64,000 bases of DNA from Candidatus Binatia bacterium (GTDB taxonomy: Bacteria > Desulfobacterota > Binatia > HRBIN30): contig CALAMI010000015.1 of the NCBI GenBank assembly GCA_937925685.1, positions 232,911 through 296,910 of the forward strand. Reading direction: 5' to 3'. The notes under the pieces were generated by a model that searched no databases, was not told where the DNA came from, and saw nothing but the letters and a program-made list of their open reading frames with translations. Numbering within the stretch: position 1 is the first letter of the stretch; every line of letters starts with the position of its first letter. The translations under genes were made by a program, and so were the position numbers. Shown in pieces: positions 25,546 to 35,738 of the stretch.

Positions 25546-27729
25546 TCAGGCCCCCACCCCAGGTGGTGGGGGAAGCGTAAAGTAAAATGTCGCCCCGGAA
25601 CCTGGGCTGCCCACCGCCCAAACGCGCCCGCCATGACGAGCGACGACGCGCTGCACCGTTGCCAAGCCGATTCCTGTGCCTTCGAACACCTCGCTTCCAG
25701 GCAAGCGGGTAAAGGGCTTAAACAATTCTTCTCCTAACCGGGCTTCGAAACCACAGCCATTGTCGCGAACGAAATAAACCGGCCCGGCCTCGCTGGAATC
25801 CACGCCAAACTCGATACGTGCCGCTGCTCGCATGTTGGTGTACTTCCACGCGTTTCCTAAGAGATTGGCCAAGGCTACTTCGATGAGATTCGGATCCGCC
25901 CAAACTTTCACTCCTCGGGCGATGATCGATTCCACCTGACGGTCTGGCTGCGACTCCTGGAGCGAACGCAAAATCCGCGCGCAGAGTTCCGACAGGTCGA
26001 CCTCCCGACACCGTAGCGGGTGTGTGCGGACCCTCGCCAAATTCAGCAGATCCTCCACCAGGCGATCCAAATGGGCAGCGTTGCTGCGAATCAGGTCAAC
26101 GTAGTTCTGCGCCTGCTCCGGAAGCTGGGGGCCACAACGCAGTTTCAAGAGTTCGCAATACGCGACCACGCGGCGCAACGGCGCGCGAATATCGTGAGCC
26201 AAAGAATGGTTAAAGGACTCCAGTTCCTGAAGAGCATTCTCGAACTGCCTCGTGCGCTCGATGACCATCTTTTCCAAATTCCGGGTAACCTGCTCCAGCG
26301 CTTCTTCCGCACGGCGGCGTGCAGTAACGTCGGTAAGCGTTCCCACAAACAGCGACCTTTGAGCCTCCGGCCGCTGGCCCACCGCCAAATGCAAGCCGAT
26401 CCAAGCCACCTCGCCAGTGGCGCGAAGAAAGCGAAATTCGGCTTCCATCACAGGCGCTCCGAGCCACGCCTCGCGCTCTTGCAGCAGTCGGATACGGTCC
26501 TCCTCGTGCACGAAGCGCTTCCAACCGTGCCCCAAAAGTTCGTTGCGTGGCCAGCCCAGAATCTGACAGGCTCGGTCGTTCATGTAGAGACAAGAACCAT
26601 CTGCCGCTGCACACACGACACCGACAGGGGAAACCTCGGCGAGCATACGGAAGCGCCCTTCGGCTTGCCGACGCTCTCTTTCGGCGTGATCTCTTGCTGC
26701 CTGTGCTCGTAATCGCTCGATGCCGACCGCAAGATTCGTCACCAGTTTGTCCAGCATTTCCGCTGCGGGAGAGCCGAATGCATTTGGTTGCTCTGAGTAA
26801 ACACACAGCGCTCCGATCGCCTGCCCCTGCAAGAGAATGGGTAACGCAATCAGCGAGCGATAGCCGTGGTGGAGAGCCCGTTCTCGCCAAGGAGCAAAGT
26901 CGGGGTCCACTGATACATCGCTTACGGTCTGGCTCTTACCTTGACGAACCGCTCGCGCTGCCGGTCCACGACCCGTCGGCGCATCATCCAGGGTGATTTG
27001 AATCCCGCGCAGGTAACTTTCTCCAAAGCCGTACCAAGCCGCGGGCTCAAGATACGGTGGCGAGCCCTCATTCACCAAGCCAATCCAAGCAAAACGGTAA
27101 CCGCCGCGGTGAACGATGACTTGGCACACACGAGTGTACAACGCCTCTTCCGACTCAGCAGTGCCGACGAACTCGTTGCACTCGCTCAGCGCCCTCAAAG
27201 CCTGGTTTTGTCGCCGCAGTTCGTGCTCCAGAGCAAATCGTTGGACTGCATAGCGAACGCTTCGCTGTAGCGAGTCTCCGTCGACTTGACCCTTGACCAG
27301 GTAGTCCTGTGCTCCTTGGCGCAACGCGTCCATAGCCATCTGTTCCTCTCGCAAGGAACTAAGGACAACCACGGGCGCTTGCGAAACGGCTCTAACGGTC
27401 GCCAGCGATTGCTCTGGCGCGCAGTCTGGCAGCATGAGGTCGAGGATGATCGCATCGAACGTGGCTTGCCCGAGGAAGGTGCATGCAGATTCCATGGTTC
27501 CAGCAATCGTGACGACATACTGATATCCCAACGGGTCCACTGCATCCTCTAACCAATGTTGCACAAGACGCGCGTAGATCGGATTATCCTCGACCACGAG
27601 GACCCGCAGAGATCTTGCCCGGTGTTCTGAGACACTTTGTTCTTCGATCCAATATTCGGTCGCGGAACCGGTATACTCTGGCCCACCCTTCGTGTCCGCC
27701 CCTTCTCGAGCCTGTTCCCGGAGCTCCAT
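25546..27729 (-). CDS. multidomain sensor histidine kinase (REC - GAF - PAS - HisKA - HATPase_c)
   Basis: Motifs: VLVVEDNP...ILDLMLPD receiver; GAF-like block ...GALCVYSEQPNAF; PAS block; H-box FNHSLAHDIRAPL; GTGIGLATVQRVVARHGG. Confidence 0.9.
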   Translation of the reverse strand: MELREQAREGADTKGGPEYTGSATEYWIEEQSVSEHRARSLRVLVVEDNPIYARLVQHWLEDAVDPLGYQYVVTIAGTMESACTFLGQATFDAIILDLMLPDCAPEQSLATVRAVSQAPVVVLSSLREEQMAMDALRQGAQDYLVKGQVDGDSLQRSVRYAVQRFALEHELRRQNQALRALSECNEFVGTAESEEALYTRVCQVIVHRGGYRFAWIGLVNEGSPPYLEPAAWYGFGESYLRGIQITLDDAPTGRGPAARAVRQGKSQTVSDVSVDPDFAPWRERALHHGYRSLIALPILLQGQAIGALCVYSEQPNAFGSPAAEMLDKLVTNLAVGIERLRAQAARDHAERERRQAEGRFRMLAEVSPVGVVCAAADGSCLYMNDRACQILGWPRNELLGHGWKRFVHEEDRIRLLQEREAWLGAPVMEAEFRFLRATGEVAWIGLHLAVGQRPEAQRSLFVGTLTDVTARRRAEEALEQVTRNLEKMVIERTRQFENALQELESFNHSLAHDIRAPLRRVVAYCELLKLRCGPQLPEQAQNYVDLIRSNAAHLDRLVEDLLNLARVRTHPLRCREVDLSELCARILRSLQESQPDRQVESIIARGVKVWADPNLIEVALANLLGNAWKYTNMRAAARIEFGVDSSEAGPVYFVRDNGCGFEARLGEELFKPFTRLPGSEVFEGTGIGLATVQRVVARHGGRVWAVGSPGSGATFYFTLPPPPGVGA

Positions 27730-27873
27730 CGCGCTTCATCAGAACAAGAACCGTCGGCTCAGGCAATCGGAAAGTGGGAAGGGAAGGAAGCGAGATCCCA
27801 CAAGGCGTTCCCGCGGTCCCTCGCGCCGGCGACAAGCGCCTAGGACTTAGGCGAATGAACGTTGTTCTTCCGT

Positions 27874-28689
27874 TTAACGCAGTTTCCACTGAATGCGTCG
27901 GCCCGAGCGAAACGCCGCCTGACCAGCCTCGATGGCGGCACGATCCGTCCCCAGGCCGATGAAGGCGAAACCCATAGCGAGCGCCTGAGAGCGAGAAAGT
28001 TCTCGGGCTGTCCACAATGCCCGCACGGTTGCTTGCACTGCTCGTGTGGGCGCTTCGGCAATGGCCCGTGCTGCCCAAGCGGCGGCTGACCGCAAATCGG
28101 CCAGCGGGACCACTTCGGAAACCAACCCGATCTCGTACGCGCGACGGGCCGACATCCGCTCGTGGTTGCCCAGAAGGCTCAAACGCATGATCTCGTGGAA
28201 AGGCATTTTCTGCAGCATGTGCATGGGCTCGAACACCGCCGCCATGCCATAGGTCACGTGAGGGTCGAAAAATGTGGCATGCTCGGCTGCAATGATAAAC
28301 TCCACCTCGCCGAGCAGATAAAACGCCCCCCCGCAAGCCATGCCGTTTACTGCCGCGATCACCGGTTTCCACAAGTCGCAGGTTTTCGGGCCGATATAGG
28401 ACGCCGGGTCGTCGAACATAAACGGCGAAGAGGCCGTGCCCACCCGTACGGTTGCGGGACGGCTCGGCCCCATCACTTCGTCACGGTCGATCCCGGTACA
28501 GAATGCTTTGTCCCCAGCTCCGGTAAGAACAACGCAGCGTACTTCCTCACGATCGCGCAGCGAACGCCAAAGAGCATGCAATTCCTCTTGCATGCGCGCA
28601 TTGAAGGAATTCAACCGTTCCGGGCGATTCAGTGTCACCCAAGCTACACCATCGCTTTCTTCGTAAAGGAGAGTGTCGAACGTCAGCAT
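27874..28689 (-). CDS. enoyl-CoA hydratase/isomerase (crotonase) family protein
   Basis: Start reset to ATG 28689 (GGAGG 6 nt upstream). Motifs: VAWVTLNRPERLNSF...VVLTGAGDKAFCTGID...AAVNGMACGGA. Confidence 0.85.
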   Translation of the reverse strand: MLTFDTLLYEESDGVAWVTLNRPERLNSFNARMQEELHALWRSLRDREEVRCVVLTGAGDKAFCTGIDRDEVMGPSRPATVRVGTASSPFMFDDPASYIGPKTCDLWKPVIAAVNGMACGGAFYLLGEVEFIIAAEHATFFDPHVTYGMAAVFEPMHMLQKMPFHEIMRLSLLGNHERMSARRAYEIGLVSEVVPLADLRSAAAWAARAIAEAPTRAVQATVRALWTARELSRSQALAMGFAFIGLGTDRAAIEAGQAAFRSGRRIQWKLR

Positions 28690-28723
28690 CGTCATCCTCC
28701 GCTCGAACTTGAATAGCGGTCCT

Positions 28724-30169
28724 TTACTCAGCACGGACCGGGGGTTTGCGCCCCATCCACGGGCTCGCCTGCTCGAGTTGAAACGCCATGGAAAAAATTA
28801 AGTCTTCACGCCCGTAAGCTGCTACCACCTGAACGCCGATAGGTAACCCTGAAGAAGACCAAAAAAGCGGCAGCGACGCGGCTGGCTGTCCCGTGACGTT
28901 AAATGGCACCGTGAACGCGACAAGTGGAATACTACGCTGAAAACCACGCATGGGTTCCTCCGCTGTCGCACGAACCTCGCCAATCAACGGAGGCGGCTCG
29001 GCCATCGTGGGTGTCAACAAGAGGTCGAAACCAGAATCCCACCACGACGCCACCCTCCGAGCAAAACTCTGCAACCAGACGTGCGACTCGATCCACCGGA
29101 GCGCGGAAATTTCTCGCCCCCCCGCAAGCAAGTATTTCGTGTGAATCTCGAAATCCTCCTCGCCGGGTGGCTCGCCGACCGCCTCGATCCAACGAGCAAC
29201 TTCTGCCGCCAAGGACGCCATGACGATGGTTCCAAAATGCTGCTGGAGCTCACCTTCCTCCAAGGCACGGGGATAGGCGTATTCCACGTGATGCCCGAGC
29301 GACTCCAACAAGGTTGCCGCTTGCTGGACTGCGCTTTTGCACTCGGCATGCACCGTGGTCCAGCCGCTGGGAACATGGTCCAACACGCCAATGCGTAACG
29401 ACTGCGGGGGGCGACGCATCGCGTCCACAAACCGTTGCGCTGGCGGAGGGGCGGTCACTGGATCGCCCGGCATGGTTCCGGCGATGCAGTCCAAGATGGC
29501 CGCGGAATCGCGTACCGACAGGGTAAGAACATGCTCGGCAACAGCGCCATCCCACAAATCACCCCAGTCTGGCCCCAAGGAAACTCGTCCCCGGCTCGGC
29601 TTTAGCCCGAATAGTCCCGTGGCACTGGCCGGGATGCGAATGGACCCTCCTCCATCGTTACCGTGAGCAACGGTCACCATACGGGATGCAACCGCGGCCG
29701 CCGATCCACCACTGGATCCCCCTGGGGAATGGGCCAGACTCCACGGATTACGGGTCGGGCCGTAAGCCACAGGCTCGGTACTCGGTATGGGACCGAACTC
29801 GGGCACATTCGTCTTTCCGAGGACAACAAACCCTGCCGCCCGAAACCGTTGCGCGAGGTAGGTGTCGTGGGAGGCGCGATAATTTCGCCGCTTCAAGTAC
29901 TGGGAGCCGCAATGGAAGGGGTCACCGGCCGTGTGACAGATTAAATCCTTGAGTAAAAACGGAACGCCACGAAAGGGACCCTCGGGCAACGGCCCCCGGA
30001 CTTGCTGCCGTGCGCGCTCGAATAACGGCAACACGACTGCATTCAGCTGGGGATTCAAATCCTCGATGCGTGCAATCGCCGCTTCGACAAGCTCCTCTGG
30101 CGTCACCTCGCCCGCACGCACCGCAGCCGCCTGGTCCGTCGCATCTCCTTCGATCCAGACTCTGCTCAT
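28724..30169 (-). CDS. amidase-signature family amidase
   Basis: The [12 protein letters not shown]...[13 protein letters not shown] signature is present. Confidence 0.9.
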   Translation of the reverse strand: MSRVWIEGDATDQAAAVRAGEVTPEELVEAAIARIEDLNPQLNAVVLPLFERARQQVRGPLPEGPFRGVPFLLKDLICHTAGDPFHCGSQYLKRRNYRASHDTYLAQRFRAAGFVVLGKTNVPEFGPIPSTEPVAYGPTRNPWSLAHSPGGSSGGSAAAVASRMVTVAHGNDGGGSIRIPASATGLFGLKPSRGRVSLGPDWGDLWDGAVAEHVLTLSVRDSAAILDCIAGTMPGDPVTAPPPAQRFVDAMRRPPQSLRIGVLDHVPSGWTTVHAECKSAVQQAATLLESLGHHVEYAYPRALEEGELQQHFGTIVMASLAAEVARWIEAVGEPPGEEDFEIHTKYLLAGGREISALRWIESHVWLQSFARRVASWWDSGFDLLLTPTMAEPPPLIGEVRATAEEPMRGFQRSIPLVAFTVPFNVTGQPAASLPLFWSSSGLPIGVQVVAAYGREDLIFSMAFQLEQASPWMGRKPPVRAE

Positions 30170-30293
30170 GGCCGCTCTCTTAAGCCGCCGGCGAGCTTGT
30201 GTCTACCACGCCGCCCAGCTGCTTGCCCATTTCTTTGAAACATTGTAGTGATTCGGTTTTCGCGATTCTGTCATCTATTTGAAGGAGACGAAA

Positions 30294-33200
30294 GTGATCT
30301 GGTGGAGCTTTTGTGTGTATCTCGTCGCCACCATCGTAAGCCTTTGGAGTGCTGGATGCGGCTCCGATGGCGAACCTCCGAGCCCTGGGGCGCTGCTCCG
30401 CATCGTCTCTCCCAGTGACGGAGCGATAATCACGACGTTCGCTTTCGACATCGTCATCGAAGCGAGTGGACCGGTAGAGCCCCGGGCCTCTTTAAATGGC
30501 GCCAACCTAGCCTTATCCGGAGGGCCAGACCGGTATACAGTGAGAATCGAGCCCGGCCCCCCGCTGCGCGACGACAACACCTTGATCGTGCGCGCCGGCA
30601 GTGCAGTTTCTGCCCCCCAAGTTACAGCTCGTTTTCGTTACGCCCCACCCAAGGCGGTGGCGCGGCGAATTACGAGCCAGTCGGATTTGCTCGCCGGTCC
30701 CCTCGCGCACGGCCGCATCGGGGATTACCTGTTGGCGAATAGTGTAGCTCGCTTTGTAGTCCAGGATGTCGGCCAGCGCGACCTTTACAGCGTTGGTGCC
30801 TTCGGCGGAAATATCATCGACGCAGAGCTGGTGGCCAATCCCGGTAACGACAACTTCCTCGAGATCCAGCCCGCTCTTAACATCGAAACCGTGATCAACG
30901 CGCAAACCATCGATATTGTCAACGATGGCCAAGACGGCACCGCCGCCATCATTCGCACTTGCGGACCCGACGACGTACTCGACTTTGTCAACCCATCGAC
31001 CATCATTCGGGGCGCGGGGCTTACGTTCCCTGACTCTGCCGATGACAAAGACTACGAGATCGAGGCGTGTACCGATTACATCTTGGAGCCGGGCAAGCCG
31101 TACGTGCAGATGGTCACGACCGTGTTCAACAACGAGGACCGCGACCTTGGTCTCTACGTCGGCGACTATGTGAACGGCTCGGGAGAACTCGAGCAATGGA
31201 CCAGCTCCAATGCTGGACTTGGCGAGATTCTGACGGCGAATTTGACGGCTTTGACGTACATCGGATATGGCGAAGCTCAGGGGGTCAGTTACGGGATCAT
31301 ACCCATACCTGTAGAGGACTCGCCGGAGCCGCGCTCGAGCTTTTTTAGTGTTTCGGGCGTCTCCTACATCATGCAGAGTCAGTCGATTCTCCGGGTCATC
31401 TTCGGTCAAAGCCCCAATTTTGTCGTGCCCGCGCGCGGCTCACGCAGTTATGCTCGCTATTTCGTCGTAGGACAAGGCAGCGGCGGAGACATCGTTAGCG
31501 CCGAACAGGAAATCAACGGTACACCAACGGGAACTCTGCGAGGTTGCGTCCACGCTGGTGGGCAGGCATTGCCTGGAAGCCGGGTAAGCGTTTTGCGCGG
31601 GCGTAGTGTCGTCGCTCCGTTTGTCACTGGTGCCGACGGCTGCTTCACCGGCGAGCTCCCTGCGGGGACGTACCAGGTGGCCGCTGCACGCCGAGGCTAC
31701 ATGTACGAGGGCAATAGCGCTAGTCCACTGTTCCACAACCTGTCCATCCGCGCTGGCGAGGTATCCGAGCTCCATATGGAACTCCCGACCACGGGCCGGC
31801 TACGGGTAGAGGTCCACGAAGTGCCGACAAACCCTGGGGCCCCACCGTTTCCAGTTCCAGCCCGTGTAACGGTCGTCGGCTTCGACCCCAGCCCCGAGCC
31901 AGTCATCACCCTCGAGTCGATTGCTGGCACGATCCGGACGGGGACATTCTTCGACATTGGATTCGATCCGGTGCCCTTCGGCGTCGTTTGGCTCGAGTAC
32001 ACTGGGGCTGATGGCACCGTCGAGTTCGATGTGGAACCCGGGCAGTATCAAGTGTACGTGTCGCGTGGGCCAGAGTATTCGCTGTTTCAGCGACCGATCC
32101 AGATCGCTGCCGGGCAGACAACGTCCGTGCATGCCGAGATCGTTCGTGTTGTGGACACCTCTGGCTTCATTTCCTCAGACTACCACGTGCACACGATCCA
32201 TAGCGCGGACTCTCGGGTAAATCTCACCGACCGGGCACTGCAGTTTGCTGGGGAAGGCGTGGACAACGTAATTGTCACCGACCACCATGCTCATACAGAC
32301 TTAATGCCGGTCATCGCGCGACTGGGACTACAAAACTTCTTGTACTCGACGGTCGGAGAAGAAATCACCACGTGGGACTATGGTCATTTCAACGCTTATC
32401 CGCTGAAAATCGACCCCACACGACCTTCGCGGGGGTCGACCGACTGGGCACGGGAGGCCCCTCCGGGGAGGGACTTCGTCCAGTACGGCTCTTACAGCTT
32501 ATCGCCGGCGGAACTCTTCGAACTAGCGGTGAACGGGCCCACCAGCACGCCCGATACGACGATCCAAATCAACCACATTGATAGCTTTTTCTCGCCGCTG
32601 CGTATCGATACCTCATTGGTTCCGCCGCAAACCTTCCTCACGGCAGAGCAGCGCTTAGCCTTTCGTCTCGACCCAGACGGGGGGAATTTGTTTTTTCATT
32701 TCCCCGCGCTGGAGCTGTGGAACGGCGCTGGGCGTAGCCATCAAGCTCAGTTCTTGCAGCAGCGTATCGGTATTTGGATGAATCATCTAAACCAGGGCCT
32801 GCGTACAACCTTTATTGCAGACACCGATACTCACGAATTCCGCAATTTGAACACGGCGGGAGCCCGAACGTGGACCCCAGCCTCCAGTGATGCTCCTGCG
32901 GCTATTGATCCCGCAGAGCTTACACGCGCGGTTGAGGGAGGTAAAGCGATCGGCGGCCAGGGGCCGTATGTCCAGACTCGGCTCATTGCGACCGATGGCT
33001 CTGGAGCGGTGGCTGATTTTAGCCTCAACGGCAACACCGAAGTTCGCAGCAACAATGGGGCTGTCGATCTCGAGATCCACGTGCAAGCACCCCTCTGGGC
33101 GGAGTACGACACCATCGAAATTTACGCCAACGCTACGACGACGCCCACGCTCCGGGTCGACGGCGTACCGACCCTGTTCACCGCCATCCCCGCGCGCGTT

Positions 33201-33533
33201 CTCCGCCTTGGCACCGATTTTCGCCGTGAGGAGATCGTCGTTCGCAGTGACGTCCTCGATGCTGCACGATGGGAGACGCGGATCACGGTTCCTTTCCGCG
33301 ACCTGAGCGAGGACACTTGGTTCGTCGTTGTCGTTAAGGGGACCGATGGGGTGTCGCGACCGATGTTCCCCGTTTTTGCGCGTGACCTCCGTCCCGAGAG
33401 CAACCGCACGCTAGCCGATTTACTCGACGGCAACTTAGGAGAACTCGGGACCATGGCCCTTGGTGCTACCAACGCGCTTTACGCCGATGTCGACGGCATC
33501 GAAGGCTTTCAGGCCCCGCTCGCTCGACGCTAA
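30294..33533 (+). CDS. large lipoprotein with carboxypeptidase-regulatory-like beta-sandwich and PHP/CehA-type metallohydrolase domain
   Basis: GTG 30294 is preferred (AAGGAG 6 nt upstream). Lipobox: LWSAGC. A CarboxypepD_reg-like segment reads GTLRGCVHAGGQALPGSRVSV...GTYQVAAARRGY. The PHP-type motif is DYHVHTIHSADS (from 32178), followed by VTDHHAHTD. Confidence 0.6.
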   Translation: MIWWSFCVYLVATIVSLWSAGCGSDGEPPSPGALLRIVSPSDGAIITTFAFDIVIEASGPVEPRASLNGANLALSGGPDRYTVRIEPGPPLRDDNTLIVRAGSAVSAPQVTARFRYAPPKAVARRITSQSDLLAGPLAHGRIGDYLLANSVARFVVQDVGQRDLYSVGAFGGNIIDAELVANPGNDNFLEIQPALNIETVINAQTIDIVNDGQDGTAAIIRTCGPDDVLDFVNPSTIIRGAGLTFPDSADDKDYEIEACTDYILEPGKPYVQMVTTVFNNEDRDLGLYVGDYVNGSGELEQWTSSNAGLGEILTANLTALTYIGYGEAQGVSYGIIPIPVEDSPEPRSSFFSVSGVSYIMQSQSILRVIFGQSPNFVVPARGSRSYARYFVVGQGSGGDIVSAEQEINGTPTGTLRGCVHAGGQALPGSRVSVLRGRSVVAPFVTGADGCFTGELPAGTYQVAAARRGYMYEGNSASPLFHNLSIRAGEVSELHMELPTTGRLRVEVHEVPTNPGAPPFPVPARVTVVGFDPSPEPVITLESIAGTIRTGTFFDIGFDPVPFGVVWLEYTGADGTVEFDVEPGQYQVYVSRGPEYSLFQRPIQIAAGQTTSVHAEIVRVVDTSGFISSDYHVHTIHSADSRVNLTDRALQFAGEGVDNVIVTDHHAHTDLMPVIARLGLQNFLYSTVGEEITTWDYGHFNAYPLKIDPTRPSRGSTDWAREAPPGRDFVQYGSYSLSPAELFELAVNGPTSTPDTTIQINHIDSFFSPLRIDTSLVPPQTFLTAEQRLAFRLDPDGGNLFFHFPALELWNGAGRSHQAQFLQQRIGIWMNHLNQGLRTTFIADTDTHEFRNLNTAGARTWTPASSDAPAAIDPAELTRAVEGGKAIGGQGPYVQTRLIATDGSGAVADFSLNGNTEVRSNNGAVDLEIHVQAPLWAEYDTIEIYANATTTPTLRVDGVPTLFTAIPARVLRLGTDFRREEIVVRSDVLDAARWETRITVPFRDLSEDTWFVVVVKGTDGVSRPMFPVFARDLRPESNRTLADLLDGNLGELGTMALGATNALYADVDGIEGFQAPLARR

Positions 33534-33542
33534 ACACGGGGC

Positions 33543-34787
33543 ATGGGCGCCACTGGCCTGTGCTGGAGTTTCCTCTTCCTCGGGGCACTTGCGGCCTGCC
33601 GAGCGACACCACAAACTGCTCCTCGAGCCCAAGAAGACCCTCGAGCGCTGATTGCAGCCGTGTCTGTTGCTCCCGTGTACGTCTGCGGCACGGTCGGGCG
33701 TGTTGCCCGCATCGATCGCACGGGATACCGCGCTGAACTCGTCGTGCAACAAGTATTCTTCGGCTTCGTCAAACCCGAGGAACGGTTGGAGATTGCTTGG
33801 GAAGAACTAGCAACCCAGCGAGCCCCGCGCTTCGCCAAAGGGGATCGCCTTTTGGTCGCTCTTTCCCCTCTTCCTGCAACCACTTTGTGGTTGCACCGCT
33901 TTCCTCCCCAGTTGCGCAACGATAAAACCTTTGCGGTGGCCGCACAGGGAGATGCCTTTTTGCGCGAGCCTGACTGCGATGGTTTGGACGCCCTGAAAGG
34001 TTACGTGAGACTAGAGCCAAAGGCACGGGCTGAAAGCGAAGGGGCGCACGCGCTCGCACAGCTCGCAGCTTCCAGTGAGGAACGGCTGGCCGTGGCTGCG
34101 TTAGAGACCTTGGCAGCCAGCTTCGAGGAGAGAGTGCTCCACGAGGGGGAAGTGACCCGTGCGATGGCTCGCGCGTTGCGCGAGGGCGGGGCGAGAATGA
34201 AAAGGGCTGTCCTTGAAATCGCGCGGACACACAAGCTCGAAGAGCTCCGCGATGCAATCCGCGAGATCGCCCAGTCGGACCTGGGCGACCTTGGTTACCG
34301 AGCCTGGGAGGCACTGCTTTCGCTCAAAGACCCGCTGGTTGCAGAGCACTTACCGCAGTGGATTTCGGCCACTGAGCCACGCTCGCGGGTGCTCGGCGCA
34401 AAAGCCGCGGCTACTCTCGAAGCCTTCGAGAGCATCGAGCAGGCCTCACGAGACCCGGCACCAGAAGTACGCCAAGCGCTAGCGGAACACTTACAAGCAG
34501 AAACGCAGTTCTTGCCCTGGTTGCTTGCGCTCCTGGCCGATCCCGACCAAGGTGTGCAGCGGGCCGCTGCAGCCAAGGTTGGCAGCATCGGACCGGCTGC
34601 GCTTCCCGCTCTAGAGGCGCTTCTTTCCAGCGACGATCCCCAGCAGCAAATGGCAGCGATCTTAGCTCTAGCGGAGATCGGCGAACACGCCCGCGGGATA
34701 CTCGAACGAATCGCAGCGGAACACCCCGACGAAAATCTCAGGCGACTTGCGGCCGTGGCGTTGGCAAGACCCCTCAGAGAACAATAG
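33543..34787 (+). CDS. secreted HEAT/armadillo-repeat protein
   Basis: A signal peptide (LCWSFLFLGALAAC) is present. The C-terminal half has repeated DPxxxVRxxAAxxLG-type HEAT units (DPAPEVRQALAEHL, DPDQGVQRAAAAKVG, DDPQQQMAAILALAEIG, DENLRRLAAVALA). Confidence 0.65.
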   Translation: MGATGLCWSFLFLGALAACRATPQTAPRAQEDPRALIAAVSVAPVYVCGTVGRVARIDRTGYRAELVVQQVFFGFVKPEERLEIAWEELATQRAPRFAKGDRLLVALSPLPATTLWLHRFPPQLRNDKTFAVAAQGDAFLREPDCDGLDALKGYVRLEPKARAESEGAHALAQLAASSEERLAVAALETLAASFEERVLHEGEVTRAMARALREGGARMKRAVLEIARTHKLEELRDAIREIAQSDLGDLGYRAWEALLSLKDPLVAEHLPQWISATEPRSRVLGAKAAATLEAFESIEQASRDPAPEVRQALAEHLQAETQFLPWLLALLADPDQGVQRAAAAKVGSIGPAALPALEALLSSDDPQQQMAAILALAEIGEHARGILERIAAEHPDENLRRLAAVALARPLREQ

Positions 34788-34896
34788 CAGGGCTCCTAGT
34801 CTCGATTCCGGCCCACTTTTTTTCCGGGGGCTGGGCACCTGCTCTTCCGCCAGTGTATTCGTTGACTCTGTCGCGCCGATTCCGTAGTGGTAAGGC

Positions 34897-35535
34897 ATGA
34901 ACGAGGACAGCCACCACCAGGCCGAGGAGGTACGGGCAGCCCGCGAGAAAATCCTCGCTGCTGCTGCTCGTCTGTTTGCGGAGCGAGGCTACGAATCGAC
35001 TTCGCTGGCCGAGGTGGCGCGCGCAGCCAAAGTCAGCAAGGCGCTGATTTTTTGGCATTTCGATAACAAACAGCAGCTCTACCTCAGTGCCCTCAAAAAG
35101 AACCTCGAACCATATCACATCGACCGAGAGGAACTCACGGGTCTGGACGCACCCCATCAAATTGCCCGGCTGATCGACTCCTTTTACGAATTCGTCAACG
35201 ACAATGTCTATTCTGTGCGGTTCTTCATGACGTTAATGCTCCGGGGTGAACTGCCATCGGAGGAATCCGCGGCCAGCACGGGCAGTACGAGCTTGCAACG
35301 GGTCAATGAACTGTATCGTGCGTTCCGTCAGTCGTTTGCTGAAATCATCACCGTGGGGCAGCAACAAGCTGTCTTCAACCCGAGCCTAGATCCCGAGCGG
35401 GAAGCTGCCCTGATTCTCGTTACCCTCGTGGGGGTTTTGGCGCAACAGTTCATGCTCGGGGAGTCCCCCGACTGCAGTAAGGCGCTGATCGATCATTACA
35501 AGCTGGTCTTGTTCCAGCGGCTACGCTGTTCTTGA
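34897..35535 (+). CDS. TetR/AcrR-family transcriptional regulator
   Basis: ILAAAARLFAERGYESTSLAEVARAAKVSKALIFWHFDNKQQLY is the N-terminal HTH. Confidence 0.9.
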   Translation: MNEDSHHQAEEVRAAREKILAAAARLFAERGYESTSLAEVARAAKVSKALIFWHFDNKQQLYLSALKKNLEPYHIDREELTGLDAPHQIARLIDSFYEFVNDNVYSVRFFMTLMLRGELPSEESAASTGSTSLQRVNELYRAFRQSFAEIITVGQQQAVFNPSLDPEREAALILVTLVGVLAQQFMLGESPDCSKALIDHYKLVLFQRLRCS

Positions 35536-35623
35536 GGAGACAGGATCCACTGCGTTCAGCTTTATCGCCCCTTACCACCCGAGAACGCCTTGAGTGCAGG
35601 GGGCGCGTTGCCCGCCGATCCCC

Positions 35624-35655
35624 GTGGGGCACTTCCAAGGCGAAAAGTGCCCCAC
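35624..35655. terminator. stem-loop between convergent tetR-family gene and nrdJ
   Basis: GTGGGGCACTT-(10 nt)-AAGTGCCCCAC forms a perfect 11-bp stem. There is no U-tract on either side, so function is uncertain. Confidence 0.35.
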
Positions 35656-35738
35656 CCGAACCCTTTCGGCCGCCGCCACCTCTCCACCCATGCTCTTGCT
35701 CTTCCCGACCAAGCACGACGCACTCTTGAACCAACGCC

